Positions 29,029-38,060 of a stretch of 64,000 nt of DNA are shown piece after piece (within the stretch, counting starts at the first letter, position 1; the number at the start of each line of letters is the position of its first letter). The notes under the pieces were generated by a model. It searched no databases. It worked only from the letters and a program-made list of their open reading frames with translations, and had not been told where the DNA came from. The position numbers and the translations under genes were made by a program. Location of the stretch: the NCBI GenBank assembly GCA_964535715.1, contig CAZHUO010000003.1, forward strand, positions 256 through 64,255, read 5' to 3'. This DNA comes from an uncultured Gammaproteobacteria bacterium. Lineage in GTDB: Bacteria; Patescibacteriota; Patescibacteriia; Buchananbacterales; UBA6539.

Positions 29029-29095
29029 ACTAGTAAGCATAGAACACATAACATATAACATATAAAGCGAAAAATTTTTTTATGTCATATTTTAT

Positions 29096-30046
29096 ATGTT
29101 TAATGGTATTATCTTAGGTCCACTTTTTATAATTATTGCTGCCATTCTTTGGGGAGTTGACGGCATAGTTTTGCGTCCAGCTTTATTTGCTTTGCCGGTT
29201 CCGTTAGTTGTTTTTATTGAGCATTTTTTTGCTTTATTGGTAATGCTGCCATTTTTCTTTCGAGGAAGAAAAGAATTAAGAAATTTAAACAGATCGGACT
29301 GGGGCGCATTTTTTTTAGTCGCGATATTTGGCGGGGCGTTGGGAACAATGTTTATTGTCAAAGCCCTTTTTTACGTTAATTTTGTCAATCTTTCGATAGT
29401 TGTTTTGATTCAGAAGCTTCAGCCGGTTTTTGCCCTAGTATTAGCCGCAGTTATTTTGAAAGAGAAATTGCCTAAAAAATTCTTTTTTTGGGCAGCAGTT
29501 GCAATTATTGCCGCTTATTTTGTGACATTTGAAAATTTTGTGCCAAATTTTTCAACCGGCAACAAGACTATTCTTGCCGCCTTATTTGCGTTAGGTGCGG
29601 CTTTTGCTTTCGGATCTTCAACTGTTTTTTCCAAGCGCGCCTTACAAAAAGTCAGTTTTCAAATGGGGACATATCTTCGGTTTGGGCTGACTTCGGCTTT
29701 AATGTTCTTTATTGCTTTGGCTTTTGGTAGCTTTGGTGCCGCATCGCAGATTACCTCAAGGCAGTTTTTAATTTTTGTTTTAATTGTTTTTTCGTCAGGT
29801 GGAGCGGCCATGTTTTTGTATTACTTCGGCTTAAAGCGGGTGAGTGCTTCGGTTTCCACGATTTGCGAGCTGGCTTTTCCATTGTCGGCAATTCTTTTAG
29901 AATTTATTATACACGGTCGCATGCTTTCTTGGTCGCAGTGGCTTGGCGCGCTAGTGTTATTTTTGGCGATATATAAGGTTTCTGTGCAATCGTCAGGGAC
30001 TAATCTAATGATTAATAAGAATCAAAAAGCAAGTATTAGAAATTAA
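29096..30046 (+). CDS. DMT/EamA-family transporter
   Basis: Two EamA-like repeats (LWG..., LQPVF..LAAVILKEK; YYFGLKRV). Confidence 0.88.
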   Translation: MFNGIILGPLFIIIAAILWGVDGIVLRPALFALPVPLVVFIEHFFALLVMLPFFFRGRKELRNLNRSDWGAFFLVAIFGGALGTMFIVKALFYVNFVNLSIVVLIQKLQPVFALVLAAVILKEKLPKKFFFWAAVAIIAAYFVTFENFVPNFSTGNKTILAALFALGAAFAFGSSTVFSKRALQKVSFQMGTYLRFGLTSALMFFIALAFGSFGAASQITSRQFLIFVLIVFSSGGAAMFLYYFGLKRVSASVSTICELAFPLSAILLEFIIHGRMLSWSQWLGALVLFLAIYKVSVQSSGTNLMINKNQKASIRN

Positions 30047-30395
30047 GTTTGTTTAAAAAATGACTATTTAGATTAGAACTTTGTCCAAAATTGCTATTAG
30101 AGTATCAATGACGCTTACAAGTCATTTTTTTAAATTAGGCATTTGGTTATTATTTTAAAAATATGTTATAATATAATAAAGATTTTATTTTAAAATAGGG
30201 GAATTTTTAGCAATAGCTGACTCTCAAAAAATAATTATAAATTGGCTAGAGCATTGATTTAGAGCGGTATAGTAGACAGTTTTTAATTTCGATTCAATAT
30301 TTAATAACTTAATTTTTTAAGTGTTTCAAAATTCTGATTTAAACATTCATTTAAAATTCGAATTTTTGTATATTTTTTAATTTTTCTAAATTATA

Positions 30396-30437
30396 ATGGA
30401 AAATCCGAATAAAAAAATATTGATTATTGAAGATGAC
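30396..30437 (+). pseudogene. 42-bp exact duplicate of the response regulator start (MENPNKKILIIEDD)
   Basis: Identical to 30589-30630; interrupted by a palindromic element. Confidence 0.8.
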
Positions 30438-30551
30438 CACGCCCCAATTCCGCGATAATGTTTATTTAAAATCAATTTAAAAAGCGCGCGAATCCCGCCT
30501 TTCGGCTTGTAAAGTTATTGAGTCAAGTTTGAAGATTGAATTGAGGCGGGG
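30437..30551. mobile_element. MITE/REP-like element with 14-bp terminal inverted repeats
   Basis: ccacgccccaattc ... gaattgaggcgggg with central cgcctttcggct; same design as 43197-43307. Confidence 0.65.
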
Positions 30552-30585
30552 CGAGACGTGTATATTTACTAATTTGTAACGAATT

Positions 30586-30969
30586 ATGATGGAAAATCCG
30601 AATAAAAAAATATTGATTATTGAAGATGACAATTTTTTAGCCAAAATGTTAAGCAGAATGATTACGGATTCTGGATATGAAGTTATTTTATCTTCATCCG
30701 GGCAGGAGGGTGTAAATAAAGCCGAAAGCAATAATGATATAGATTTAATTATATTGGATATTATGCTTCCGGATATTGATGGTTTTGAAGTATTAGAAAA
30801 AATCAAATCAAGCCAAAAAACGAAAAAAATACCGGTAGTAATAATGTCTAACCTTGGACAGCCCGAGGATGTTAAGCGGGGCAAGAATCTAGGGGCTATT
30901 GATCATTTGGTAAAAAGCGATTTCAGCCTTGACGAAGTTGCAAAGAAAATAAAAGGTTTTTTAGCATAG
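30586..30969 (+). CDS. Single-domain response regulator upstream of the pilus operon
   Basis: ILIIEDD, DLIILDIMLP, DGFEVL, IPVVIMSN. Confidence 0.9.
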   Translation: MMENPNKKILIIEDDNFLAKMLSRMITDSGYEVILSSSGQEGVNKAESNNDIDLIILDIMLPDIDGFEVLEKIKSSQKTKKIPVVIMSNLGQPEDVKRGKNLGAIDHLVKSDFSLDEVAKKIKGFLA

Positions 30970-30996
30970 CTTAAAAAAATTAATCGAATTTGAATT

Positions 30997-32682
30997 ATGG
31001 AAATTAGCAATGAAAAATTGAAAAACTTAATTGCTGATTTGGACTTGATTCCGAAAGAAAGGCTCGAAAGTTCGTTTAAATTCGCCCAAGATCATAAAAA
31101 ATCCTTGGCCAGCGTTTTGGTTGAAGGCGATTTAATTTCCGATGACCATATTGGTCAGATTATTGCCGATGAAATGGGTTATCCATTCATTGATTTGGAC
31201 AAAGTGACAATCGAAGAAAAAACTCTTCAGCTGATTCCGAAAGTTATGGCTGAAAAACAGGGCGTAATTGCTTTTGAACAGAATGAAAATGGGGTAAAGC
31301 TGGCACTGGTTAATCCGGGAAATTTCCAGCTTATTAACTTAATTGAAAAAAAAACCGGGCAGACCGTTATTCCTTATTATACGACATCGGAGAATATTAA
31401 AATTTCCTTATCACGCTATCAAAAAGGAATACAGAATGAATTTGCCGGGATAATCGAGGAAAATATAAGTGAAGCTAAAAAAAGTTTAAAACCGGAGGAT
31501 TTGCCGATAATTAAAATTGTCGAAACGATTATTCAGTATGCCTATGAAAATGGGGCTTCAGACATTCACATTGAGCCGCAGGAAGAAAAAACTTTGGTTC
31601 GTTTCAGGATAGACGGAATTCTGCATGATATTATTGATTTGCCTAAAAATGTTCATGATCTGATAATTACCAGGCTGAAAATTCTTTCAAAATTGAGGAC
31701 TGATGAGCATCGAAGCGCCCAAGACGGAAAAATCAGGGTAAAATTTGGCAGCGACAAGCTTGACATTAGAGTTTCGATTATTCCGATTATTGAGGGTGAA
31801 AAAACCGTTTTGCGGCTGCTTTCGGAAAGAAATCGCCAATTCAGCCTTGAAGACTTGGGATTTTCCAGTGAAGACCTGGTTAAATTGAAAAAAGAAATAT
31901 CTAAGCCTTATGGCATGATTTTATCAACCGGTCCGACCGGCTCGGGAAAAACTACTAGCCTTTATGCAATCTTGAAGATTTTAAATCGCCGCGAGGTTAA
32001 TATTTCAACAATTGAAGATCCGGTTGAATATGATATGGAAGGAGTCAATCAAATTCAGGTGAATCCAAAAACAAATTTGACCTTTGCCGCCGGCCTTCGC
32101 TCGATATTGCGCCAGGATCCCAATATCATCATGGTTGGTGAAATTCGCGACCAGGAAACTGCCGATATAGCAATCAACGCGGCAATGACCGGACATTTGG
32201 TGCTTTCCACTCTTCATACAAATGATGCGCCGACAGCCTTGCCGAGATTTTTAAAAATGGGAATCGAGCCTTTTTTAGTTGCCTCAACAGTGAATATTAT
32301 AATTGCCCAAAGGCTTATTAGAAAGAATTGTAGTAGCTGTGTTGTCAGCAATGAAACTACCGTTTCACAGCTTAAAGATAAATTTTCAGCGGAACTGATT
32401 GAAAAATATTTTGGTAAAGATGGTAATAAAAAAATAAGACTTTATCACGGGAAAGGCTGCAAGCTTTGCGCCAATACCGGTTATTCCGGACGCTTGGGCG
32501 TTTTTGAGGTTTTGGCCGTTTCGGAAAAGATTAGGGAAATGATAATGCGTCGTTCTGACGCCGATGAAATAAGAAATCAGTCAGTAAAGGAGGGTATGAC
32601 AACAATGATTGAAGACGGAATCAAAAAGGCTCTTTCCGGCCTGACAACTGTCGAAGAAGTATTAAGGGCAACAAGGGAATAA
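30997..32682 (+). CDS. pilB: Type IV pilus assembly ATPase (PilB/GspE)
   Basis: ASDIHIEP, TGPTGSGKTT, TIEDPVE, LRQDP..MVGEIRD, TGHLVLSTLHTN, tetracysteine motif. Confidence 0.93.
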   Translation: MEISNEKLKNLIADLDLIPKERLESSFKFAQDHKKSLASVLVEGDLISDDHIGQIIADEMGYPFIDLDKVTIEEKTLQLIPKVMAEKQGVIAFEQNENGVKLALVNPGNFQLINLIEKKTGQTVIPYYTTSENIKISLSRYQKGIQNEFAGIIEENISEAKKSLKPEDLPIIKIVETIIQYAYENGASDIHIEPQEEKTLVRFRIDGILHDIIDLPKNVHDLIITRLKILSKLRTDEHRSAQDGKIRVKFGSDKLDIRVSIIPIIEGEKTVLRLLSERNRQFSLEDLGFSSEDLVKLKKEISKPYGMILSTGPTGSGKTTSLYAILKILNRREVNISTIEDPVEYDMEGVNQIQVNPKTNLTFAAGLRSILRQDPNIIMVGEIRDQETADIAINAAMTGHLVLSTLHTNDAPTALPRFLKMGIEPFLVASTVNIIIAQRLIRKNCSSCVVSNETTVSQLKDKFSAELIEKYFGKDGNKKIRLYHGKGCKLCANTGYSGRLGVFEVLAVSEKIREMIMRRSDADEIRNQSVKEGMTTMIEDGIKKALSGLTTVEEVLRATRE

Positions 32683-32700
32683 AAGTTAACTTTTATAATT

Positions 32701-33927
32701 ATGAAATTTAAATACATTGCTTTCGACAAAAATAATCAGACCGAAAAAGGCATTATTGAAGCAAGGGACTTGAGGGAAGCCACAAAGCTTTTGATTGACC
32801 AGGGTTGGTTTATAAAAAAAATTTCCCCGCGCGGTAAGTTAAAATCCGGCTTTATGGAATTTAGTTTTGGCAGCGTTCCTTTGGTGGAGAAAGTTTTATT
32901 TGCAAAACACCTAGGAGTCATGCTTAAATCGGGCATCAATTTAAATGAGGCGTTGGAAGTTATTGTTCAGCAGGCGCCGTCAAAAAAATTCGGGAAAATT
33001 ATTAATAATGTTTTAGAAAGCGTTAAAAAAGGCCAGAGCCTAGGCAGTGCAATTGCTAAATATCCGAAAGTATTTGATCCGCTATTTGTAAATATCATCA
33101 AGGTTGCCGAAGAAAGCGGAACCTTGCAAGAGAATTTGGAATATTTGACCAATGAAATGGAGGAACGCTTGGAGCTTAAAAAAAATATCAGAAATGCCTC
33201 TTTTTATCCGGCAATTGTTCTAACTTCCACTTTTGGACTTGGTTTTATCCTATCTTATTTTGTTTTGCCAAAAATTACCGCTCTTTTTAAAAGTTTAAGT
33301 TTTGAGCTGCCATTATCGACCAAATTTTTGCTTTTTGTCGCTGAAATGATGGATAAACATGGTCTTGTCATTTTTACTGTTATTATTTTGTCTATAATTT
33401 TTCTGCGGATTTTGACTAAACAGAAATTTTTTAAAAAACCCTGGCATTGGTTTTTAATTAAAATGCCGATACTGGGCAACATTATTATAAATTATAATCT
33501 GGTTTTAGTTACCAGAACTCTGGCGATTTTGCTTAAAAGCGGCCTGACAATCGATAGGGGAATTGAGATTGCAATCCAGACAACATCTAATGTAATCTAT
33601 AAAAATAGGCTTAAGCAAATTTTACCTCAAATTCAAAAAGGAAAAAAATTGTCCGATTCAATCAGTGGTTTTAAGCAGTCGAAAAGAAAGCCGTTGTTTC
33701 CAATGTTAGCAATAAAAATGATTGGCGTTGGCGAACGGTCGGGGAGGCTTGATGAATCTTTGAGCTATCTTTCCGAATATTTTGGCAAAGAAGTCGATAA
33801 TACGACAAAAAATTTGACAACCGTTTTGGAACCGCTGCTATTGATTTTTGTTGGTTTAGTGGTTGGCTTTATTGCGATTTCGGTTATTTCGCCTATTTAC
33901 CAAATCACGGGTCAATTTAGAAAATAG
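32701..33927 (+). CDS. pilC: Type IV pilus platform protein (PilC/GspF)
   Basis: Two T2SSF domains; AEESGTL, GERSGRL, LEPLL. Confidence 0.92.
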   Translation: MKFKYIAFDKNNQTEKGIIEARDLREATKLLIDQGWFIKKISPRGKLKSGFMEFSFGSVPLVEKVLFAKHLGVMLKSGINLNEALEVIVQQAPSKKFGKIINNVLESVKKGQSLGSAIAKYPKVFDPLFVNIIKVAEESGTLQENLEYLTNEMEERLELKKNIRNASFYPAIVLTSTFGLGFILSYFVLPKITALFKSLSFELPLSTKFLLFVAEMMDKHGLVIFTVIILSIIFLRILTKQKFFKKPWHWFLIKMPILGNIIINYNLVLVTRTLAILLKSGLTIDRGIEIAIQTTSNVIYKNRLKQILPQIQKGKKLSDSISGFKQSKRKPLFPMLAIKMIGVGERSGRLDESLSYLSEYFGKEVDNTTKNLTTVLEPLLLIFVGLVVGFIAISVISPIYQITGQFRK

Positions 33928-34017
33928 GATTTGTAAAAAAATTTTAAAATTAATGCTGTTTAAAAGATTTAGTTTCTTATTTTTTTAATTTTTTAATTAT
34001 AGCTATTCTTCTGCAAC

Positions 34018-34461
34018 ATGAGAGGTTTTACTTTAATTGAATTAATATTGGTTATTGCAATTATCTCCATAGTTGCGACTTTAAGTGTTCCATTTATCCA
34101 AATTTTTCAAACTTCATCTGATTTTTATACTCACGTTGATACAATTACTAAAACATTGCGTAAAGCCCGCCATTTAGCCGTAACCGGAAAGAACGGATCT
34201 GATTGGGGGGTTTATTTTGATAATATTGAAAAAAAAATAATTCTATTCAAGGGAAATAATTTTGCCGTCCGCGATACGAATTATGATTTGGAGGAAAAAT
34301 ACGCCGACATATTCAGTGTCAACGCCGATTTTGGCAATGAAATCTATTTTGCTTTATATTCCGGCCTGCCCTCCGCTTACGGTACTGTCACCGCATCTAC
34401 CATAGTTAATAATGATATCAAATATATAAACATACAAAGTTTTGGTTTGATAAATAAATAA
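34018..34461 (+). CDS. Minor pilin (FimT/GspH-like)
   Basis: RGFTLIELILVIAI prepilin motif. Confidence 0.85.
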   Translation: MRGFTLIELILVIAIISIVATLSVPFIQIFQTSSDFYTHVDTITKTLRKARHLAVTGKNGSDWGVYFDNIEKKIILFKGNNFAVRDTNYDLEEKYADIFSVNADFGNEIYFALYSGLPSAYGTVTASTIVNNDIKYINIQSFGLINK

Positions 34462-37013
34462 TGCATTCATTTAATAAATTTAAAAACCAAATAGGTTTAA
34501 GCTTGGTTGAAATTATTTTAGCCATAGCATTGTTTGGGCTTGTTTCAGTTCCGCTTATTTTAATACTTATTAATTCATATGGCAGCAATCTTCAAGCTGA
34601 AGAAAGAGAAATTGCTGTTTTATATGCACAGCAGGGAATTGAAGCGGTAAAATCAATCCGCAGGCAGGCCTGGAATTTATTAGATAATGGCAATTATGGC
34701 TTGACCAATGTTAACGGTTACTGGCAGTTTTTGGGCAGTTCTGATTTATTGGAAAATAAATATACCCGGACTATTACAATTTCTGATGCTTGTCGTGACA
34801 GCGGAAATAATTTGGTTGACTGTCCTAATGTTTTAGTTGATTTTCATGCAAAAAAAATTATATCTTCAGTTGATTACAATTCTATCAATGGTTTTAATAA
34901 TGTTGTTAATTTGGTCAGTTACGTCACTATCTGGCAATCAAAAGACTGGGTGCAAACCGACTGGTCGGGCGCTTTGGGCCAAACTCAATGGTTTGACCAG
35001 TCAAAATATTTTAGTGATGACGGTAATATAGATTATTCCACTAGCGGAGAAATCAAATTAAAAAGCCTAGAAGGCGGCGGAGGCTGCGGCGTCAAGATTT
35101 GGATTTTTGATAACTCTGCCGATTACACTTATGACCCTAATAAAATTGAGGTTACTGGCGGTTTTGCCCAGCTTAAAGGTACGTCTTTTTGCTCTGGAAC
35201 GCCGACTTCGTGCGGCAATCTTGCCAGTCAGATTTCCTGCCAAGCTCAAGCTGGCTGCAGCTGGGATCAACCACCAGGCAATTGTCAAAATAATGGCAGT
35301 TGTACAGCTGTATCCCGCAATGAATGCAATACTTGCAATTTAGCCGGCTGTTCCCGCAGCGGCAACAAATGTACTGGTACCTTAAACTGCTCAGCTTATA
35401 CCAGCCAAGCTGCTTGCGGCACCTGTAATCAGTGTTTATGGAGCCAGCAGCCTGGTTCTTGCTTGGGCACGCCGACTCCTTGCGGTAATTTAACTGACCA
35501 AACTTCTTGTCAAACTCAAACTGGTTGCAGCTGGACTGGCAATTATCCGGCCGACCAACCAGATATTTATCCGGTTGCCTCTTTTAGCGTTCCACAAATT
35601 GATGCCTGGACTTCTTTTACTGAAGTGGCGACCAAAAACGGAGGAGAAATTTATTACCAGCTTTCCGATGGTACGACCTGGTATTGGTATGATGGCAGTA
35701 ATTGGGCGCCGGCTAATACTGACCCCGGTACGACGGATTATAATTTAGCCAGCGTGATTAGCACTAATATTAACAGTTTCCCAGTTAGTAGCCAGGAAAT
35801 AAAATTTAAAGCATTTTTTCAAAGTGATGGTTTGCAGCAAGTTCAGTTAGATGAAGTAAAAATTAGCTGCTCGCAATATTATGATTGGCCTTTTACAGCA
35901 AATGCCGATTACACCTATGACCCTAATAAAATTGAGGTTACTGGCGGTTTTGCCCAGCTTAAAGGTACGGCTTTTTGTTCTGGTACTCCAAATCCTTGCA
36001 GTAATTTTACCAGTCAAACTTCCTGCCAAACTCAAGCTGGCTGCAGCTGGGATCAACCACCAGGCAATTGTCAAAATAATGGCAGTTGTACAGCTGTATC
36101 CCGCAATGAATGCAATACTTGCAATTTAGCCGGCTGTTCCCGCAGCGGCAACAAATGTACTGGTACCTTAAACTGCTCAGCTTATACCAGCCAAGCTGCT
36201 TGCGGCACCTGTAATCAGTGTTTATGGAGCCAGCAGCCTGGTTCTTGCTTGGGCACGCCGACTCCTTGCGGTAATTTAACTGACCAAACTTCTTGTCAAA
36301 CTCAAACTGGTTGCAGCTGGACTGGCAATTATCCGGCCGACCAACCAGATATTTATCCGGTTGCCTCTTTTAGCGTTCCACAAATTGATGCCTGGACTTC
36401 TTTTACTGAAGTGGCGACCAAAAACGGCGGTGAAATTTATTACCAGCTTTCCGATAATGAAGGATCAAGCTGGAAATTTACCAATGGCATTGTTTGGCTG
36501 CCGGTAACAGGGTCGACCGACTATAATACAGCAAGTGAAATTAATTCCAGTATTCTAGCTTTTCCGACAACAACGGCGAAAATTATGTTTAAAGCATTCC
36601 TTTCTTCAGATGGCAGCCAGCAGGTTCAGCTAGATAACGTGACTATCGGCTTTGGCGAAGCGGTTGGCATAAGCGGCTATACAACCGCCGGCTGGCTTGA
36701 ATCATCGGCTTTTAACACCGGCTGGTTTAGCTCTTTTAATTTTTTGTCCTGGACGGAGACTATTCCTTCAGCCGCCTATGATATTCAAATACAAATCTCA
36801 ACTGCCCCAGACAACGCCGGCGTGCCCGGAATTTGGTCAGATTGGCTTGGACCAAGCGGGTCTGGCAGCTTTTATTTAAGCGGCGATGAAATTATAATTC
36901 CTATATTTAATAACCACAACGACAGCCAATGGGTGAAATATAAAATTTTTATGAGTGGTGACGGCATTGATACTCCAATTTTGCAAGACATAAAAATTAA
37001 TTATACACCATGA
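34461..37013 (+). CDS. Giant pilin-like protein with duplicated Cys-rich modules (putative tip adhesin)
   Basis: GLSLVEIILAI prepilin motif; CxGTPxxC...CxW repeats; internal duplication. Confidence 0.8.
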   Translation: MHSFNKFKNQIGLSLVEIILAIALFGLVSVPLILILINSYGSNLQAEEREIAVLYAQQGIEAVKSIRRQAWNLLDNGNYGLTNVNGYWQFLGSSDLLENKYTRTITISDACRDSGNNLVDCPNVLVDFHAKKIISSVDYNSINGFNNVVNLVSYVTIWQSKDWVQTDWSGALGQTQWFDQSKYFSDDGNIDYSTSGEIKLKSLEGGGGCGVKIWIFDNSADYTYDPNKIEVTGGFAQLKGTSFCSGTPTSCGNLASQISCQAQAGCSWDQPPGNCQNNGSCTAVSRNECNTCNLAGCSRSGNKCTGTLNCSAYTSQAACGTCNQCLWSQQPGSCLGTPTPCGNLTDQTSCQTQTGCSWTGNYPADQPDIYPVASFSVPQIDAWTSFTEVATKNGGEIYYQLSDGTTWYWYDGSNWAPANTDPGTTDYNLASVISTNINSFPVSSQEIKFKAFFQSDGLQQVQLDEVKISCSQYYDWPFTANADYTYDPNKIEVTGGFAQLKGTAFCSGTPNPCSNFTSQTSCQTQAGCSWDQPPGNCQNNGSCTAVSRNECNTCNLAGCSRSGNKCTGTLNCSAYTSQAACGTCNQCLWSQQPGSCLGTPTPCGNLTDQTSCQTQTGCSWTGNYPADQPDIYPVASFSVPQIDAWTSFTEVATKNGGEIYYQLSDNEGSSWKFTNGIVWLPVTGSTDYNTASEINSSILAFPTTTAKIMFKAFLSSDGSQQVQLDNVTIGFGEAVGISGYTTAGWLESSAFNTGWFSSFNFLSWTETIPSAAYDIQIQISTAPDNAGVPGIWSDWLGPSGSGSFYLSGDEIIIPIFNNHNDSQWVKYKIFMSGDGIDTPILQDIKINYTP
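35117..36455 (+). repeat. Intragenic direct repeat, period 786 bp (35117-35669 vs 35903-36455)
   Basis: Core 35245-35641 reads identical to 36031-36427; flanks diverged. Confidence 0.9.
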
Positions 37014-37606
37014 TAAAAAATATTAAATCTAAAATCTTAAATCTCAAATCTCTTGAAAGGCAGGGTGGTTTTACCCCGCACCTTTTGTGCGTAATAAAAG
37101 AAAGAACATTAATCCATAGAAAAGGTGCGGGGTTTACTTTGATAGAATTGATTATCTATTTGGGAATTGTCGGCATGATTTTGGTCAGCATTTCTTATCT
37201 GATTTTGGATATTATGGTTGGTCAGGCGACTAATTATGCAGATCAGGAAGTCAATTATAACTTTCGCTATATTGCCGATATTTTAACTGATGACATCAAA
37301 TCCTCACAAGACATCGGAAGTCTAACTAATAGTAATTTGGTTTTAATTATGGCAGGTGATGATATTATATATAATTTTGATGAAACAAATAAAATTTTAT
37401 CCAGGCAAGTTGGCGATGCAGCGCCTTTGTCTGTCAATAATGAAAATATTGAAATTATTGGAAATTTTACCGATTTTTCAAAAATGGGCAGAACAAAAAA
37501 CGTGGGCATTCATTTAAATATAAGTTATAAAAATCCCGGCAATATTTCTGATTATAATTCAACCACTACTGTTGATTTTGCAGTTGAGCTTCGCGGCAGG
37601 AGATAA
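37010..37606 (+). CDS. Minor pilin (PilW/GspJ-like) with a palindromic insertion in its leader
   Basis: GAGFTLIELIIYLG motif preceded by a duplicate GFT. Confidence 0.8.
   Translation: MIKNIKSKILNLKSLERQGGFTPHLLCVIKERTLIHRKGAGFTLIELIIYLGIVGMILVSISYLILDIMVGQATNYADQEVNYNFRYIADILTDDIKSSQDIGSLTNSNLVLIMAGDDIIYNFDETNKILSRQVGDAAPLSVNNENIEIIGNFTDFSKMGRTKNVGIHLNISYKNPGNISDYNSTTTVDFAVELRGRR
37073..37133. repeat. In-frame palindromic insertion at the prepilin GFT site
   Basis: Perfect 14-bp IR accccgcacctttt / aaaaggtgcggggt; 63-bp spacing between the two GFT codon sets. Confidence 0.8.
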
Positions 37607-37608
37607 AT

Positions 37609-38022
37609 ATGAAAAATTATAAATCACAAAATCAAAATTCCAAGCAATTTTTCGGCCAAGAGCGGGGCGGTTATATTGCATTGATTTCATTATTAATTGT
37701 TTCAGCCGCTGCTTTGACGATAGGAATTGCCGTAAGCCTCAGGGGAATTGAAGAGATTCAAATGAGTTATTCTTCTCAAAAAGCGGCTGAAGCTGAAAAT
37801 TTGGCTGATGTTTGTATTGAGGAAGGATTAGAGAATTTACGAAATATTTGGGCTGATTATTCAAATTCCTTGTTTTTTGGCAGCAATTCTTGTATAATAA
37901 ATACAGAAGTTGATGCAAGTAATGCAATTCTATACGCAACTGGAACTGCAGATGTTTATACTCAAAAAATTGAAGTCAAAGTTGACACTAATTTAGATGT
38001 GATTTATTGGAAAAATAATTAG
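37609..38022 (+). CDS. PilX-like minor pilin
   Basis: RGGYIALISLLIV.. hydrophobic helix, A..LA..CIEEGL..LR. Confidence 0.7.
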   Translation: MKNYKSQNQNSKQFFGQERGGYIALISLLIVSAAALTIGIAVSLRGIEEIQMSYSSQKAAEAENLADVCIEEGLENLRNIWADYSNSLFFGSNSCIINTEVDASNAILYATGTADVYTQKIEVKVDTNLDVIYWKNN

Positions 38023-38060
38023 CTTATTTGGCTTTTAAGTAAAAAAACAAAACAAAAATT

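Noticed and set aside
35117-36455. DGR template/variable repeat pair
   Set aside because: Differences between the copies are not adenine-specific, both copies are coding and in frame, and no reverse transcriptase is in the window
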